Origin: an uncultured Gemmatimonadaceae bacterium | GTDB lineage: Bacteria; Gemmatimonadota; Gemmatimonadetes; Gemmatimonadales; GWC2-71-9 | Direction: 5' to 3' | DNA length: 64,000 bases | NCBI GenBank assembly: GCA_964647615.1 | Contig: CAZYIV010000009.1 | Location: 42 to 64,041, forward strand | Shown here: positions 54,174 through 63,786 of the stretch, one piece after another | How positions within the stretch are numbered: the first letter of the stretch is position 1 | Layout: each line of letters opens with the position of its first letter | Position numbers and translations under genes: made by a program | The notes under the pieces: generated by a model | What the model was told of the DNA's origin: nothing | Seen by the model: the letters and a program-made list of their open reading frames with translations, nothing else | The model's database searches: none

Positions 54174-55115
54174 ATGACCAAGCGGGTCGGACTGCTGGTG
54201 GGCCGCGAGTGGAGCTTTCCGCCGGCCTTCATTGACGAGGTGAACCGCCGCCGGGCGGGGGTGACGGCGGAGATGGTCTCCATCGGCGCGGTGGCGATGG
54301 ACCAGCCCTGCCCGTGGGACGTGATCGTGGACCGGATCTCCCACGAGGTTCCGTTCTACCGCACCTACCTCAAGCAGTGCGTGCTGCAGGGGGTGGCGGT
54401 GGTGAACAACCCGTTCATGTGGACCGCGGACGACAAGTTCTTCGGCGCGGCGCTGATCACCGCGAAGGGCGTGGTGAGCCCGAAGACCTGGATCCTGCCC
54501 AACAAGGAGTACATCCCGGGCATCGACCACCGCGAGAGCCTGCGCAACCTGCAGCTGGTGGACTGGGACCGGCTGGTGGCCGAGGTGGGGCTGCCCTGCG
54601 TGCTCAAGGATGCACACGGCGGCGGCTGGCGCGACGTGTACATCTGCCACTCGCGCGAGGACCTGCTCCGCGACTTCGACCAGTCGGGCCAGCTCAACAT
54701 GGTGGTGCAGGAGTTCATCCGGTACCAGCAGTTCGTGCGCTGCCTCTGCATCGGCCAGGAGGAGATCCTAGTGATGGAGTGGGACCCGCGGCGCCGGGCT
54801 TACGGCCAGGACGACGATTTCCTCGCCCCCGAGCTGCGGGCCCGCATCGTCGCCGACTGCCGCACCATCGTGCGGACGCTTGGCTACGACATGAACTCGA
54901 TCGAGTTCGCCGTGCGCGACGGCGTGCCCTACGCCATCGACTTCATGAACCCCGCGCCCGATATGGACATCTACTCCCTCGGCCCGAAGTACTTCGAGTG
55001 GGTGGTGACGCACATGGCGGACCTCGTCATCCGCCGGGCCGGCGAGGGCCGGCGCGCGGTGGACGACCTGGGCTGGGCCCGGCTCTTCGCCGGGAGCCGG
55101 CGGACCGCCTCATGA
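54174..55115 (+). CDS. ATP-grasp enzyme (RimK/glutathione-synthetase-like)
   Basis: LPCVLKDAHGGGWRDVY, MVVQEFI, SIEFAVRDGVPYAIDFMN. 313 aa. Confidence 0.7.
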   Translation: MTKRVGLLVGREWSFPPAFIDEVNRRRAGVTAEMVSIGAVAMDQPCPWDVIVDRISHEVPFYRTYLKQCVLQGVAVVNNPFMWTADDKFFGAALITAKGVVSPKTWILPNKEYIPGIDHRESLRNLQLVDWDRLVAEVGLPCVLKDAHGGGWRDVYICHSREDLLRDFDQSGQLNMVVQEFIRYQQFVRCLCIGQEEILVMEWDPRRRAYGQDDDFLAPELRARIVADCRTIVRTLGYDMNSIEFAVRDGVPYAIDFMNPAPDMDIYSLGPKYFEWVVTHMADLVIRRAGEGRRAVDDLGWARLFAGSRRTAS

Positions 55116-56467
55116 CCGACGCGGTCCGGCACTACCACGACCTGCTGCAGGAGCCGGAGGTCGCCGAGGCGAGCCACGCGATGCTCGAGGACGAGCTGCG
55201 CCGGCGGCACCTGGTCTTCGGGGATCGCGCGCTGTGCACCGTGCTGCGGCCCCGGTTCCTGAGTCCCGGGCAGCATCGCGCCCTGGCGCGCGGCATGCGC
55301 GATCTGCTCGGCGCCTTCGCCACGGCGCACACCGCCGCCATGGCCGACCCGCTCCTCCGGGCCCAGTTCCGCCTGGCCGAGTGGGAGGAGCCGCTGGTGC
55401 TGGCGGACCCGGGATACGAGAGCCCGAGCCCCCACGGGCGGCTCGACTGCTTCGAGGACCCGGCCACCGGGCGGGTGATGCTCACCGAGTACAACGCCGA
55501 GACGCCGGCCGGCGCCGGCTACACCGACCGGCTCACCGAGGCCTTCGCGGCCATCCCGGTGATGCGGCGTTTCCGGCGCCGGTACGACATCCGCCCGCTG
55601 CCCGCCCGCCCCGGGGTGGCGACGGTGCTGCTCGACGCCTGGCGCGAGTTCTCCGGGGGCTGGAGCCGGCCCCGGATCGCGATCGTGGACTGGAACGATG
55701 TGCCCACGACGGCGGAGTTCGAGATCTTCCGCGACTACTTCGGCACGCTCGGGCTGGAGACGGTGATCGTGGACCCCCGGGCCCTGGAGTACCGCGGTGG
55801 GCGGCTCTACGCCGGCGACGGGCCGGTGGACCTGATCTACAAGCGGGTGCTGATCAACGAACTGGTGGAGCGGGGCGGGGTGGACCACCCGATGGTGCGG
55901 GCGGTGCGCGACCGCGCCGTCTGCATGCTGAATCCCTTCCGCTGCAAGCTGCTGCACAAGAAGGCCAGCCTCGCGGTGCTGTCGGACGAGCGCAACGCAC
56001 GGCTCTTCACCGCGGCGCAGCGGCACGTCATTGCGGCCCACATTCCGTGGACCCGCGTGGTCGAAGCACGGCACACCGTCTACCGCGACGAGCGGGTGGA
56101 CCTGCTGCCCTGGCTGGAGGACCAGCAGGCCACCATGGTCCTCAAGCCCAACGACGACTACGGCGGCGCCGGGGTGGTGCTGGGGTGGACGGTCAGCCCG
56201 GCGGAGTGGCGGGCGGCGCTGGCCCGGGCGGTGGAGACGCCGCACATCGTGCAGGAGCGAGTGGGGATTCCCTCCGAACCCTACCCCAGCTGGGCCGATG
56301 GCCGGGTGCACCTGCTCGACCGGATGCTCGACACCGCGCCGTTCGTGCTGCACGGCGCCGCCATGGACGGCTGCCTCACCCGGCTCTCGACCGCGGCCCT
56401 GCTCAACGTGACCGCCGGGGGCGGCAGCACCGTGCCGGTCTTCGTGGTCGAGCCGCGGGACCCCTGA
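55112..56467 (+). CDS. ATP-grasp-related amidoligase-like protein (glutathionylspermidine-synthase / circularly permuted ATP-grasp-like)
   Basis: [75 protein letters not shown]. The ATG overlaps the upstream stop (ATGA). Confidence 0.55.
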   Translation: MTDAVRHYHDLLQEPEVAEASHAMLEDELRRRHLVFGDRALCTVLRPRFLSPGQHRALARGMRDLLGAFATAHTAAMADPLLRAQFRLAEWEEPLVLADPGYESPSPHGRLDCFEDPATGRVMLTEYNAETPAGAGYTDRLTEAFAAIPVMRRFRRRYDIRPLPARPGVATVLLDAWREFSGGWSRPRIAIVDWNDVPTTAEFEIFRDYFGTLGLETVIVDPRALEYRGGRLYAGDGPVDLIYKRVLINELVERGGVDHPMVRAVRDRAVCMLNPFRCKLLHKKASLAVLSDERNARLFTAAQRHVIAAHIPWTRVVEARHTVYRDERVDLLPWLEDQQATMVLKPNDDYGGAGVVLGWTVSPAEWRAALARAVETPHIVQERVGIPSEPYPSWADGRVHLLDRMLDTAPFVLHGAAMDGCLTRLSTAALLNVTAGGGSTVPVFVVEPRDP

Positions 56468-56516
56468 GCGGGGCCGGCCCCGGCCGGCCCCCGTCACCCT
56501 CATCCCCGAGTCGTGG

Positions 56517-57623
56517 ATGAAAGCGCCCAGCCTGACGCTTGGAGTGGAGGAGGAGTACCAGATCGTGGACCCGGTCAGCCGGGAGCTGCGGTCGTACATC
56601 ACCGAGATCCTCAAGGAGGACTCGGTGGTGCTGGGCGAGGTGAAGCCGGAGCTGCACCAGTCCATGGTCGAGGTGGGCACCCGGGTCTGCCACCACCCCG
56701 CCGAGGTGCGGAGCGAACTGGTCCGGCTGCGGCGGCTGGTGATGGAGCTGGCGGGGAAGCAGGGGCTGCAGGTGATCGCCGCGGGGAGCCACCCCTTCTC
56801 CTCCTGGCTGGAGCAGCAGATCACCCCGCTCGACCGCTACCTCGGGGTGCGGGAGGACCTGCAGGAGCTGGCCCAGCGGCTGCTGATCTTCGGGACCCAC
56901 GTGCACATCGGGATCGAGGACCGGGAGTTCCTGATCGACGCCATGAACACGGTGCGCTACCTGCTGCCCCACGTGCTGGCGCTCTCCACCAGTTCCCCCT
57001 TCTGGATGGGCCGGGCCACCGGGCTCAAGAGCTACCGCAGCATCGTGTTCCGCGACTTTCCCCGGACCGGCATCCCGCGGACGCTGCAGTCCTGGTCGGA
57101 GTTCGAGGGGCTGGTGAACACGATGGTCGCCACCAACTGCATCCCCAACGCCTCCAAGATCTGGTGGGACGTCCGGCCCAGCTGGAGCTATCCCACCCTC
57201 GAGTTCCGGATCTGCGACGTCTGCACCCGGGTGGACGAGGCGGTCTGCATCGCGGCGATCTTCCAGGCGATCATCGCCAAGCTGTGGAAGCTCCGGCGCG
57301 ACAACCTGACCTTCCGGCTCTATCCGGCGGCGCTGATCGAGGAGAACAAGTGGCGGGCGATCCGCTACGGACTCGACGGCCGGCTGATCGACTTCGGCAA
57401 GAGTCAGGAGCAACCGGCCCGGGAGCTGATCCGGGAGCTGATCGAGTGGTTCATCGCCGACGTGGTGGACGAACTGGGGACCCGGAAGGAGGTGGAGTAC
57501 GCCTTCCGGATCCTGGAGGAGGGCACCAGCGCCGACCGGCAGATCGAGACCTTCCGCCGCACCGGCGACATGAAGGCGGTGGTGGACCACCTGGTCCGGG
57601 AGACCGCCGACGGGGTGATCTGA
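56517..57623 (+). CDS. Carboxylate-amine ligase, glutamate-cysteine ligase family 2 (YbdK/GCS2-type)
   Basis: [46 protein letters not shown]...PTLEFRICD. Confidence 0.88.
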   Translation: MKAPSLTLGVEEEYQIVDPVSRELRSYITEILKEDSVVLGEVKPELHQSMVEVGTRVCHHPAEVRSELVRLRRLVMELAGKQGLQVIAAGSHPFSSWLEQQITPLDRYLGVREDLQELAQRLLIFGTHVHIGIEDREFLIDAMNTVRYLLPHVLALSTSSPFWMGRATGLKSYRSIVFRDFPRTGIPRTLQSWSEFEGLVNTMVATNCIPNASKIWWDVRPSWSYPTLEFRICDVCTRVDEAVCIAAIFQAIIAKLWKLRRDNLTFRLYPAALIEENKWRAIRYGLDGRLIDFGKSQEQPARELIRELIEWFIADVVDELGTRKEVEYAFRILEEGTSADRQIETFRRTGDMKAVVDHLVRETADGVI

Positions 57624-57747
57624 GGGCCACCCGAAGGGCCCCGGCCGGGAACTTCTGGGGGGCTGGCGCGGTTGTTGCCCTAGTGTGAAGGGATCGAGCG
57701 ACCGCCTTCATCATGCACTTCGGGACCGGAAACGATACTTTCCCCGT

Positions 57748-58527
57748 ATGCCACAGCTCCCCGAGCGGCCCGTTATCGGGCTGACCACCCAGACCCTGCA
57801 CTCGATTGACGGGATCCCTGCCGGGCTGCCCGAGTCCTGGGTGATGAACCAGCGCTACTTCCTCGCCGCCACCTCGGTGGGGGCGGTCCCGTGGATGATC
57901 CCGCTGCTGGACGATGACGAGGCCACGCTCTACGAGATCTACCGCCGGCTGGACGGGATCCTGATCCCGGGCGGCGTGGACATGGACCCCGCGACCTTCG
58001 GGGAGGAGCGGCACCCCAAGTGCGGCGCCGTGGACCCGGCCCGGGACCGGGTGGAGCTGCAGTTGACCCGCTGGGCGATCGAGGACCGCAAGCCGGTCCT
58101 GGGGCTCTGCCGGGGCATCCAGGTGATCAACGTGGCGATGGGCGGCACCCTGTACCAGGACATCGCCGAGCAGGTGCCCGAGGCCATCAAGCACGACTAC
58201 TTCCCGACCGCCGGGTTCGAGCGGGACCACCTGGCCCACGAGGTGACCCTCGCCCACGGCAGCCGGCTGCGCACCGTGATGGAGCGGCCCACCCTGACGG
58301 TCAACAGCATGCACCACCAGGCGATCAAGCGCCTGGCCACGGGGCTGGTCTCCAGCGCCACGGCGCCGGACGGGCTGATCGAGGCGGTGGAACTGCCGTC
58401 GGATCACTTCATGGTGGGCGTGCAGTGGCATCCCGAGGTCTTCGAGCTGACCGACCCGCACACCCGGCACCTGTTCCATGAGTTCATCGCCGCCGCGCAG
58501 GGCTGGCGGCGGGCGCACCTGGGCTGA
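57748..58527 (+). CDS. Class I glutamine amidotransferase-like gamma-glutamyl hydrolase (peptidase C26, PuuD-like)
   Basis: GILIPGGVDMDP, PVLGLCRGIQVINVAMGGTLYQDI (nucleophile Cys), NSMHHQAI, VGVQWHPE. Confidence 0.85.
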   Translation: MPQLPERPVIGLTTQTLHSIDGIPAGLPESWVMNQRYFLAATSVGAVPWMIPLLDDDEATLYEIYRRLDGILIPGGVDMDPATFGEERHPKCGAVDPARDRVELQLTRWAIEDRKPVLGLCRGIQVINVAMGGTLYQDIAEQVPEAIKHDYFPTAGFERDHLAHEVTLAHGSRLRTVMERPTLTVNSMHHQAIKRLATGLVSSATAPDGLIEAVELPSDHFMVGVQWHPEVFELTDPHTRHLFHEFIAAAQGWRRAHLG

Positions 58528-58530
58528 TCC

Positions 58531-60540
58531 TCAGCCGGTGACGAATCCGAGGCGGTAGGCGAGGGGCGCGAGGGCGCCGTCGCCTGCCGCCTCCTGCTGC
58601 CAGACCCGGTAGAACGCCGACTGCACGTCGAAGGGCACCGCCTGGTCGAGGTGCTCCAGCAGGGTCAGCAGGTCCCGCACGGCGGCGAGCGCCGCCTCCC
58701 CCCGGTCCTCCGCCAGTCCCCGTACCCGCCGGAGCAGCGCCTGCCGCAGCAGCGGGCGGAGCTCCTCGCCGGCATCGAGCGCGGCCCGTTCCTCGGGGGC
58801 CAGCAGCCGGGCCAGCGCTTCGCCCCGGACGGCGGTGGCGAGGGCGGTGCGCTGGCGCTCGGGCAGGTCGCCCAGGGAGAGCGTCGCCTGGGGACCGTCG
58901 GGCCGCACCCGGATGCGGACCTGCACCTCGAGCCCGGTGTGGCGCACCTCGGCCGCGAGCGGGTAGGCCCGGCCCGAGTGCCGGTCGGTGAGGGTGAGCT
59001 CGGGATCGGCGCCCTCCAGCGACCAGGCGGGGCTCCACGCGGCCGCCGGTGCCAGGTGGCGCGCCGCGATCAGGCCGGCGCCGATGCGGAGCGGGGGGAA
59101 GAGGTGGGGCCGGGCCCGGTGGTAGTAGATCTCCCGCCCGCTCCCGAGGGTGCGGGCGTTGCTCTCCGCTCCCGCCAGCCGGGTGGCGAATCCCTCCTCG
59201 AGGGCGGCCCCCTCCGCGCCCGCCAGGACCGCCACCCGTGCGGCGTAGCGCAGGACCTGCACCGCCTCCAGTCCGGCGATGTCGTCGAAGAACCAGGCGC
59301 AGCTGGTGAGCGTCCGCAGCGCCCCGCGCTCCAGCTCCAGCAGCTCGGCCGCGCGCACCTGGGCGTCGTGGTCCAGCCCGGGGCGCAGCGCGTCGAGGGC
59401 GTAGGCCCGGGTGGCGTCGGGACCACCGCCCAGCGCCCCGCCGTAGCCGGCGAGGGCGGCGGCGGCGTCGGTGAACAGGGCCGGCGCCTCACGGTCGTAG
59501 CGCAGGTGCACCTGGGTGGTCAGCCAGCGCACCGCCTCGCGCAGCGGGGCCCGCCAGCGCTGGTGGGTGGGCGGGTCGTGCGACATGCGGCAGCCGCAGT
59601 CGCTGCGCCACCGCTCGACGCCGTGGCTGCAGCTCCAGGCGCTGGGCGCCACCAACCTGGTCTCGTGGTGCGCCCCCTCGCGCGCCAGGAAGCTGGCGAA
59701 GTTCTCCACCGTGACGCCGGTCCGGGTCCGCACCCGCTCGAGCATGGCGGCCAGGGCCATCTCGCCGAAGCGATGGTGGTGGCCGTAGGTCTCCCCGTCG
59801 GTGGCCACGGAGACCAGCGCCGGCGGGGTGCCCTCGGGCCGCACCGCCAGCATGCGCGCGCTCCAGGCCTCGCCATCCCGCACCAGCGGCCCGAAGGCCA
59901 CGTCGTGCGAGATCGGTCCGTCATAGACGAACACGGCGATGCTGCGCCCTCCCGCGGTCCGCACCAGGCCGGGGAGCCCTCCGGGAGGGGCCGCGTCCAC
60001 CTGGGTCGGCGCCAGGATGGTGAACCGGATCCCCGCCTGCGCCAGCACGTCCAGCGTCTCCTCGTCCACCGCCGTCTCGGGGAGCCACATCCCCGCCGGC
60101 TCGCGGCCGAAGCGGCGCCGGAAGTCCGCGATGCCCCAGCGGACCTCGGTGACCTTTTCGCGCCGGGAGGAGAGCGGCAGGATGGCGTGGTGGTAGGGCA
60201 TCGCCACCGCGTTGCCGTGACCGAGGCGGGCGGCACTGGCACGGTCCGCCGCGAGCAGCAGCTGGTAGGTGTCGGGGGCGGCGTGCTCCAGCCATTCGAG
60301 CAGCGTGGGACCGACGTTGAAGCTCAGCCACTCATACAGGTTGACGATGCGGGCGATCCGCCCGCCCGCGCCGGGCAGCCGCGCCGCGCCGACGGTGCGG
60401 TAGCACTCCTGCTCGATGCGATCGTTCCAGTCGTGCGCCGGGGCGGCGGTGGGGTCGGCCACGACCTCGTCCAGCCACGGGTCCTCCCGCGGCGGCTGGT
60501 AGAAGTGGCCGTGGACGACGATGGAGCGGGCGGGGGTCAC
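58531..60540 (-). CDS. GH57-family protein (DUF3536-type C-terminal region)
   Basis: VVHGHFYQPPREDPW, YEWLSFNVGPTLLEWL, MPYHHAILPL, GMWLPETAV, TDGETYGHHH. The GTG at 60540 overlaps the upstream stop (GTGA). The upstream part of track ORF 58531-61824 runs out of frame through the next GH57 gene. Confidence 0.8.
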   Translation of the reverse strand: MTPARSIVVHGHFYQPPREDPWLDEVVADPTAAPAHDWNDRIEQECYRTVGAARLPGAGGRIARIVNLYEWLSFNVGPTLLEWLEHAAPDTYQLLLAADRASAARLGHGNAVAMPYHHAILPLSSRREKVTEVRWGIADFRRRFGREPAGMWLPETAVDEETLDVLAQAGIRFTILAPTQVDAAPPGGLPGLVRTAGGRSIAVFVYDGPISHDVAFGPLVRDGEAWSARMLAVRPEGTPPALVSVATDGETYGHHHRFGEMALAAMLERVRTRTGVTVENFASFLAREGAHHETRLVAPSAWSCSHGVERWRSDCGCRMSHDPPTHQRWRAPLREAVRWLTTQVHLRYDREAPALFTDAAAALAGYGGALGGGPDATRAYALDALRPGLDHDAQVRAAELLELERGALRTLTSCAWFFDDIAGLEAVQVLRYAARVAVLAGAEGAALEEGFATRLAGAESNARTLGSGREIYYHRARPHLFPPLRIGAGLIAARHLAPAAAWSPAWSLEGADPELTLTDRHSGRAYPLAAEVRHTGLEVQVRIRVRPDGPQATLSLGDLPERQRTALATAVRGEALARLLAPEERAALDAGEELRPLLRQALLRRVRGLAEDRGEAALAAVRDLLTLLEHLDQAVPFDVQSAFYRVWQQEAAGDGALAPLAYRLGFVTG

Positions 60541-62252
60541 GCGGAGGCTTGGCCCGCCAGCACCCGGGCGACGGTATCGAGCACATCGGGGAAGACGTGG
60601 TCCCGGCGCCACTGCTCCGCGGCGAGCGCCTGGGCGGCGGGGCCGCCCGCCGTGCCCTGTTCCAGCGCGTCGAGGAACGCCTCGGCGTCGGCGCAATGCT
60701 CGGTGAAGCGCTTGATGGCGTAGTCGGTCACCGCGCCGGTGGAGATGATGAACTGCCAGTCGCTGCTCATGGCGAGCAGCATCGCCCGCGCGGCCTGGGC
60801 CAGCACCGGGCGGCTGGCCTCGTCCCGGAGGCCGGCGGGCGCCGCGGCCCAGAACCGCTCCTCGAGGCGCCACAGCCGCGGCCAGGTCCAGGCGGTCTCG
60901 TTGTTGAGCCACATGCTGAAGTCGCCGTTGGCGCCCCAGCTGCCGGTGGTCAGGTGGATCGCCCGCTCGCTGGTGCCGCGTTCCAGGTGCCCGCTCGCGG
61001 TCACCGGGCGGACCGCCGGGTACCCCCGCACCGCGCGGTAGACCTGGGCGAGGAACTCCACCCCCTCGAACCACCAGTGGCCGAACAGCTCGGTATCGAA
61101 CGGTACCGCCACCAGGTCCTCGGCCGCGCGCTTCCCGGGGCGCTCGCTCAGCTGGCCCAGCAGCGACGCGAAGTGCCGCCCGTGGGCGCCCGCCCGCTCC
61201 ACGGCGCGATCGGGATGGTACGACTCCTTGGCGCCCAGGTCGGAGCCGGGGGCGCTCACCCGCCAGTACCGGAGCCCGCCGGGCCAGCGGATCTTGTGGA
61301 ACTCGAGGTACCACTCGTCGCCGGGGTAGCCCTCCTGCCGGCTCCAGACCTGGCGGCTCGCCACCGGGTCCCGGGCGAAGGCGTGCACCGTCGTGGGGCC
61401 GGCGGTGCCGGCCACGCGGTAGGCCTCGTAGGGGGTGTTGGGTGTCGCCGCCTCGGCCGCGGCGCGGGCGGCACGGCGCTGGGCTGCGTCGGCCAGCTTC
61501 CCCTCCACCTCCATGCGCCACTCGCCCCAGTCGGCCCCGTAGAACCGGAAGGCCTGGCCGGCGGCGGCCAGGTGGCTGTCCACGAAGAAGTAGCGGAACC
61601 CCGCCTCTTCCACGTGCACCTCGATCCCGGAGCGCACCCGCGGGTTGGGTGCCTCGGGGAGCGGCGCCCAGTGGCCCTCCGGCCGGTAGGCGCACTCGGG
61701 GAGCCACAGCCCCGCCGGCGCCCGGCCGAAGATGCGGCGGTGTTCGGCGTGCCCGAGGAGCAGCTGCAGCCGGATGCTCTCGTCCCGGGCCAGCAGCGGC
61801 AGGAAGCCGTGGGTGGCCCCGCACGAGATCAGTTCGATGCGCCCCGCCTCCGCGTGGCGGCGGAAGGCCCGGGCCAGGTTGCGCTCCTCGGCGCGAAACC
61901 GGTGCCGCAGGCCGAGCAGGTGCGCCTTCCAGAAGTCGGCGAGCGGGATCAGGTGCGCGTCGCCGGTCTCGGTGAGGGAGGCGGCCGCCTCCTCGCAGGC
62001 CTCCAGCCGCTGGGTGAAGTAGGCCTCCAGCTCGGCCCCGAAGTCGGGGCTCTCCAGCTGGTTGGCCAGGATCGGGGTGATCCCGATGGTGAGCGGCGCC
62101 GCCACCTCCTCCGTCGCGAGGCGCTCCAGCGCGTCGAGCAGCGGCAGGTAGGTGTCGATCGCCGCCTCGCAGATCCAGTCGCTGCCGTGGGGCCAGCGTC
62201 CGTGATTGAGGACGTAGGGCAGGTGGCTGTGCAGCGCGAGCACGAAGTCCAT
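60537..62252 (-). CDS. GH57-family 1,4-alpha-glucan branching enzyme-like protein
   Basis: FVLALHSHLPYV, ELISCGATHGFLPLL, GLWLPECAY, PFDTELFGHWWFEG. Confidence 0.8.
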   Translation of the reverse strand: MDFVLALHSHLPYVLNHGRWPHGSDWICEAAIDTYLPLLDALERLATEEVAAPLTIGITPILANQLESPDFGAELEAYFTQRLEACEEAAASLTETGDAHLIPLADFWKAHLLGLRHRFRAEERNLARAFRRHAEAGRIELISCGATHGFLPLLARDESIRLQLLLGHAEHRRIFGRAPAGLWLPECAYRPEGHWAPLPEAPNPRVRSGIEVHVEEAGFRYFFVDSHLAAAGQAFRFYGADWGEWRMEVEGKLADAAQRRAARAAAEAATPNTPYEAYRVAGTAGPTTVHAFARDPVASRQVWSRQEGYPGDEWYLEFHKIRWPGGLRYWRVSAPGSDLGAKESYHPDRAVERAGAHGRHFASLLGQLSERPGKRAAEDLVAVPFDTELFGHWWFEGVEFLAQVYRAVRGYPAVRPVTASGHLERGTSERAIHLTTGSWGANGDFSMWLNNETAWTWPRLWRLEERFWAAAPAGLRDEASRPVLAQAARAMLLAMSSDWQFIISTGAVTDYAIKRFTEHCADAEAFLDALEQGTAGGPAAQALAAEQWRRDHVFPDVLDTVARVLAGQASA

Positions 62253-62265
62253 GGACGGGATTCCC

Positions 62266-63786
62266 CTAGGCGACCGGCGCCTGGCCGAGGATGCGCTCGT
62301 AGACGGCGAGGTACTTCTCGGCGGAGCGGTCCCAGGAGAAGTCCTTGCGCATCGCGTTGCGCATCATCTCCTCCCAGGCCGGGGGCACGTGGTAACGGTC
62401 CATCACGTGCCGCGCCACCCGCAGCAGGTCCTCGGAGCTGTACTCGTCGAACAGGAACCCGGAGTAGCCGTCCTCGATGGTGTCGGCCAGGCCGCCGACC
62501 CGCCGCGCCAGCGGCACGGCGCCGTAGCGCTCGGCCCGCAGCTGCGCCAGCCCGCAGGGCTCGTACAGCGAGGGCATGAGGTAGATGTCGGCCCCGGCCA
62601 TCAGCCGGTGCTCCAGCCGCTCGGAGAAGCCCAGGTGCACGCTGATCCGGTCGGGCCAGCGCGACTCGTACATCTTGAGCAGCGCCTCGTAGCGCGGCTC
62701 CCCGGTGCCCAGGAAGATGAACTGGGCCTCGAGCATGAACAGGGAGTACTCCCCGGTGATCAGCTCCAGCCCCTTCTGGTGGGTCATCCGCGCGGTCATG
62801 GCGAACAGCGGGATCCGCCGCCGCTGCGGCAGCCCGAAGCTGCGCTGCAGCGCCGCCTTGCAGCGGGCCTTGCCGGCCAGGTCCTCGGCCGAGTAGGTGG
62901 CGGTGATGTGCGGGTCGTCGGCCGGGTCCCACTCGCCCATGTTGATGCCGTTGACGATCCCGGTGAAGCGGTCGCCCAGCCACAGGAACACGTCGTGCAG
63001 CCCGAAGCCGCCCACCGGGGTGCGCAGCTCGTGCGCGTGGGTGGGGCTCACCGTGGTCACCGCGTCGGCGAACTTGAGCCCGCCCTTGAGCAGGTTGACC
63101 TGGTCGTGCCACTCGAGGTACTGCCAGGTGAACAGCTCCCAGGGCAGCCCGATCTCGGGCATGGCGCCGGGCGCGTAGTGGCCCTGGAACCCGGCGTTGT
63201 GCACCGTGAGCACGGTCCGGATGCCACGGGCGAACTGCTGGTCATTGTGGTAGCTGCGCAGGTACACCGGCGCGAGCGCGGTGTGCCAGTCGTGGCAGTG
63301 GAGGATGCAGGGACTCCGGGTGACCCGGGGCAGCATCTCCAGCGCCGCGCGGGAGAAGAACGCCCAGCGCTGCAGGTTGTCCGGGTAGTCGGTCCCCGAC
63401 TCGCCGTAGAGCCCCGCGCGGTCGAAGTAGGGATGCTCGATGCAGTAGATCCGGGGCTTGCCCGGCTCGATCGGCATCCGGAAGAGCCGGGCCTCCTCGC
63501 TCCGGGGCCCCACCTGGACGTGGAACGGCCCGGCCACCCGCTCCAGGCCCGGGGCGCCGCTCCGCACCGAGCGGTGCAGGGGGATGATCACCGCGGTGGG
63601 AATGCCCGCCGCGGCCTGGGTGGAGGCGAGGCCCGCCACCGCCTCCGCCAGGCCGCCGGTGCGCGCCAGCCAGCCGTACTCCGCCGCCAGGTGCACGATG
63701 CCGACCGGCTGGCCGTCGTGCACCAGCGTGCTGCCCTCGGGCAGCCGGTGCTCGCCCGTGTGGGAGGACTCAGATCGGCGGGACAC
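62266..63786 (-). CDS. glgA: Glycogen (starch) synthase, GT5
   Basis: VHLAAEYGWLARTGGLAEAV (KTGGL-type motif), HCHDWHTA, LMPSLYEPCGLAQL. The start is either GTG 63786 or GTG 63723. Confidence 0.85.
   Translation of the reverse strand: MSRRSESSHTGEHRLPEGSTLVHDGQPVGIVHLAAEYGWLARTGGLAEAVAGLASTQAAAGIPTAVIIPLHRSVRSGAPGLERVAGPFHVQVGPRSEEARLFRMPIEPGKPRIYCIEHPYFDRAGLYGESGTDYPDNLQRWAFFSRAALEMLPRVTRSPCILHCHDWHTALAPVYLRSYHNDQQFARGIRTVLTVHNAGFQGHYAPGAMPEIGLPWELFTWQYLEWHDQVNLLKGGLKFADAVTTVSPTHAHELRTPVGGFGLHDVFLWLGDRFTGIVNGINMGEWDPADDPHITATYSAEDLAGKARCKAALQRSFGLPQRRRIPLFAMTARMTHQKGLELITGEYSLFMLEAQFIFLGTGEPRYEALLKMYESRWPDRISVHLGFSERLEHRLMAGADIYLMPSLYEPCGLAQLRAERYGAVPLARRVGGLADTIEDGYSGFLFDEYSSEDLLRVARHVMDRYHVPPAWEEMMRNAMRKDFSWDRSAEKYLAVYERILGQAPVA

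Noticed and set aside
60541-61824. Upstream part of track ORF 58531-61824 (1,097 aa)
   Set aside because: It runs out of frame through the well-supported GH57 branching-enzyme gene (60537-62252). The GH57 N-terminal motif HGHFYQPPRE follows directly after the GTG at 60540, which overlaps the upstream stop.
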